Part shown: in pieces, positions 61,107 to 64,000 of the stretch
How positions within the stretch are numbered: position 1 is the first letter of the stretch
How the letters are laid out: each line of letters begins with the position of its first letter
Source: an uncultured Pelagibacteraceae bacterium
Lineage (GTDB): Bacteria; Pseudomonadota; Alphaproteobacteria; Pelagibacterales; Pelagibacteraceae
Reading direction: 5' to 3'
Length of the DNA stretch: 64,000 nucleotides
Assembly (NCBI GenBank): GCA_902588595.1
Contig: CACIPT010000001.1
Span: forward strand, 11,948 to 75,947
The notes under the pieces: generated by a model
Seen by the model: only the letters and a program-made list of their open reading frames with translations
Databases searched by the model: none
What the model was told of the DNA's origin: nothing
Made by a program: the position numbers and the translations under genes

Positions 61107-63764
61107 TTATTTTTTTAATTCTGCTTGTGCTGCAGCAAGTCTCGCTACTGGTACTCTATAAGGAGAGCATGAAACATAATCTAAACCTACGTCTGAACAA
61201 AAATGTATACTTTTAGGATCTCCTCCATGTTCGCCGCATATGCCTAATTTTATATTTTTATTTTGCTTTCTTCCTTTTTCCGATGCAATTATAATAAGAT
61301 CGCCTACTCCCTCATCAACTGATATAAAAGGGTCTATGTCAAAAATCTTATTTTCAATATAATCATTTAAAAATTTACCACTATCATCTCTGCTAATTCC
61401 AAATGTTGTCTGTGTTAAATCATTTGTTCCAAAACTAAAAAATTCAGCATGTTTTGCTATATCTTTGGCTTTTATGGCAGCTCTTGGTAATTCAATCATA
61501 GTTCCAACTAGAAATTTAATCTTCGTTTTTTTTTGATCCTGAACTTTTTTTGCAGTTCTTATTACTAGATCTTTCATAATTTTTATTTCAGCTTCAGTGG
61601 ATACTAAAGGTATCATTATTTCTGGGAATGCTGATTTTATTTTTTTCTTTTTTAACTCTGATAATGCTTCAAAGATTGCTCTGCATTGCATTTCATAAAT
61701 TTCAGGAAAAGAAATTCCCAACCTACAACCTCTATGACCCAACATTGGATTTTGTTCATGCAGCTCATTAATTCTACTTTTGATTTCTTTAACAGGTAAT
61801 TTTATTTCATCTGCTACTTCATTAATTTCTTTTTCTGTTCGTGGAAGAAACTCGTGCAATGGAGGGTCCAGCAATCTTACCGTAACAGGTAAATCGCTCA
61901 TAATTTTAAATATTTCAATAAAATCATTTTTTTGATGGGGCAAAAGTTTTTCTAGCGCTTTATTTCTATCGTCTGTAGTTTTTGAAAGTATCATCTCTCT
62001 TACGGATAAAATTCTTTCTTCATCAAAAAACATGTGTTCTGTCCTACACAACCCTATTCCTTCCGCTCCAAAATCTCTTGCAGTTTTTGTATCTAATGGA
62101 GTTTCGGAATTAGTTCTTACTTTTAATTTTCTAAAACTGTCAGCCCAGCTCATTAATTTTGAAAAATCTCCTGAAATTTCAGGTTTAATTTTTGAAACTT
62201 CTCCTTTAATAATTCTGCCCGTAGATCCATCTATTGTAATTAAATCACCTTCTTTTATCTCCATGGATGTAGTTTTAAAAACCTTTCTCTCATAATTAAT
62301 ATCAATTTCGCTTGAACCTGAAACACATGGTCTCCCCATTCCTCTTGCAACTACTGCTGCATGACTTGTCATACCCCCTCTTGAAGTCAATATTCCTTTT
62401 GCTGCATGCATTCCATTTATATCTTCCGGTGAAGTTTCTGCTCTAACCAAAATTGTATCTTGCATCATTTCATTCATTCTTTCTGCTTCATCAGATGAAA
62501 AAACTACTTTTCCACTTGCTGCGCCAGGAGAAGCTGGCAAACCTTTTGCAATAACATTTATTTTACTTTTTTCGTCTAAAGTAGGGTGTAAAAGTGTATC
62601 TAACGAATGTGGATCTATTCTTGTGACAGCAATTTTTTTTGAAATTAATTTTTCTTTAACCATATCAACTGCAATCTTGACAGCAGATTTGGCTGTTCTT
62701 TTTCCAGATCTTGTTTGTAATATCCAAAGTTTATTGTTCTCAACTGTAAACTCAACATCTTGCATATCTTTATAATGTTTTTCTAAATTCTTTAAAATTT
62801 TATTTAACTGTTTAAAAATTATGGGCATTGACTCTTCCATTGAGCTTTCTTTTGTCCTAGCTTCAATTCTAGCTTTTTTTGTTATGTACTGTGGAGTTCT
62901 TGTGCCTGCAACAACATCTTCTCCTTGGGCATTAATTAAGTATTCTCCATAAATTTCATTTGTACCTGTTGATGGATTTCTTGTAAAAACTACTCCAGTT
63001 GCACAATCTTGACCCATGTTTCCGAATACCATTAACTGCACATTGACTGCCGTTCCCCATTCAGAAGGTATTTGATTAAGTTTTCTATAAACTTTTGCTC
63101 TGTTACTTTGCCAAGATAAAAATACTGCTGATATTGCTCCTCTAAGTTGTTCATTAACATCTTGTGGAAATTCTCTTTTCGTTTTTTCCTTCACAACATT
63201 CTTAAAATCTTTAATTAGACCATCCCAGTCATTTTCATCTAGTTCAGTGTCTAGCAAAACTCCTTTTGTTAATTTATAATTTTCAATAAGTTCTTCAAAG
63301 TTGTATCCTTCAACTCCCAATACAACATTTGCGTACATTTGGATAAATCTTCTATAACTGTCTTTAGCAAATCTTAAATTTGAAGTTTTTTTAGCAAGCG
63401 CTAGTACAGTTTTATCATTTAGTCCCAAATTTAATATAGTGTCCATCATGCCTGGCATTGAAACTCTAGCTCCTGATCTTACTGAAACCAATAAAGGATT
63501 TTTTAAATCTCCAAATTTTTTGCCAGAATCTTTCTCAATATTCTTTATTTCAGCACTTATCTGTTTTAATATTTTTGAACCAATTTTTTTATTATTTTTG
63601 TAAAATAAATCGCACACTTCAGTAGAAATGGTAAACCCAAAAGGGACAGGGTATCCAAGCTTCCCCATTTCAACAAGATTTGCTCCTTTTCCTCCTAAAA
63701 TATTTTTTGGGATTTTTATTTTTTTTGTATCTTTTGATTTAAAATTAAAAATTAGTTTTTTCAC
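61107..63764 (-). CDS. ppdK: Pyruvate, phosphate dikinase
   Basis: LGGKGANL, VSVRSGARVSMPGMMDT, GGMTSHAAVVARG, GLCRTEHMF, SFGTNDLTQ, GICGEHGG. Confidence 0.98.
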   Translation of the reverse strand: MKKLIFNFKSKDTKKIKIPKNILGGKGANLVEMGKLGYPVPFGFTISTEVCDLFYKNNKKIGSKILKQISAEIKNIEKDSGKKFGDLKNPLLVSVRSGARVSMPGMMDTILNLGLNDKTVLALAKKTSNLRFAKDSYRRFIQMYANVVLGVEGYNFEELIENYKLTKGVLLDTELDENDWDGLIKDFKNVVKEKTKREFPQDVNEQLRGAISAVFLSWQSNRAKVYRKLNQIPSEWGTAVNVQLMVFGNMGQDCATGVVFTRNPSTGTNEIYGEYLINAQGEDVVAGTRTPQYITKKARIEARTKESSMEESMPIIFKQLNKILKNLEKHYKDMQDVEFTVENNKLWILQTRSGKRTAKSAVKIAVDMVKEKLISKKIAVTRIDPHSLDTLLHPTLDEKSKINVIAKGLPASPGAASGKVVFSSDEAERMNEMMQDTILVRAETSPEDINGMHAAKGILTSRGGMTSHAAVVARGMGRPCVSGSSEIDINYERKVFKTTSMEIKEGDLITIDGSTGRIIKGEVSKIKPEISGDFSKLMSWADSFRKLKVRTNSETPLDTKTARDFGAEGIGLCRTEHMFFDEERILSVREMILSKTTDDRNKALEKLLPHQKNDFIEIFKIMSDLPVTVRLLDPPLHEFLPRTEKEINEVADEIKLPVKEIKSRINELHEQNPMLGHRGCRLGISFPEIYEMQCRAIFEALSELKKKKIKSAFPEIMIPLVSTEAEIKIMKDLVIRTAKKVQDQKKTKIKFLVGTMIELPRAAIKAKDIAKHAEFFSFGTNDLTQTTFGISRDDSGKFLNDYIENKIFDIDPFISVDEGVGDLIIIASEKGRKQNKNIKLGICGEHGGDPKSIHFCSDVGLDYVSCSPYRVPVARLAAAQAELKK

Positions 63765-64000
63765 TATACGCTTTCTATTTTAGAAAAATTCAAATAATTA
63801 TCAAAGGTTTTACATAACATTTGTAAAAGTTCTAACCTGTTTTTTTTAATTAATATATCTTCATCATTTACTATTACGTTATCAAAAAACTCATTTACTT
63901 CTTTTCTGGCTGATGAAAATTCTTTTAAAATATCTTCATGATCATCCTCTCTACTAACATTTGTAAAATTTTTCTTTATTTCATTAATCTTTTTATAAAG
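63764..64000 (-). CDS. glyS: Glycine-tRNA ligase beta subunit, C-terminal part (enters from window end)
   Basis: Hand translation ...VNEFFDNVIVNDEDILIKKNRLELLQMLCKTFDNYLNFSKIESV*; FFDNV and NRL motifs; glyS-ppdK adjacency. Confidence 0.88.
   Translation of the reverse strand, partial: LYKKINEIKKNFTNVSREDDHEDILKEFSSARKEVNEFFDNVIVNDEDILIKKNRLELLQMLCKTFDNYLNFSKIESV

Overview
AT-rich, densely coded alphaproteobacterial chromosome segment. It is most consistent with Pelagibacterales (SAR11): very short intergenic spacers, a permuted two-piece tmRNA with tag ANESYALAA, thyX, and many solute-binding transporters. The taxon call is an inference. Left part (1-35 kb): a TAXI-TRAP transporter, a ~14 kb accessory catabolic cluster, two Liv-type ABC transporters (one interleaved with secreted hydrolases), csiD, an outer-membrane beta-barrel, grxC, msrB and a dadA-like gene. 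The catabolic cluster holds two divergent Rieske oxygenases, glyoxalase I, a cupin, a GS-like ligase, a MetX-fold hydrolase, and an LLM monooxygenase/ThDP enzyme/AA_synth/hydrolase/ALDH module resembling the trigonelline tgn pathway. Right part (35-64 kb): core genes (rodA-mrdA-mreDCB, leuA, ilvC/N/B, miaA, htrA, hflKC, mrp, thyX, ssrA, nadAC, ppdK, glyS) interrupted by three small cell-surface acylation cassettes. Best new observation: an unannotated 50-aa membrane peptide ending PFIYFQF (DltX-like acyl-shuttle motif) lies head-to-head with an MBOAT that lacks this motif. An SGNH remnant sits beside it, and an AMP-ligase/carrier-protein pair lies next to ssrA, suggesting a dispersed Dlt-like envelope acylation system. 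All calls come from reading motifs by eye; no database searches were run.
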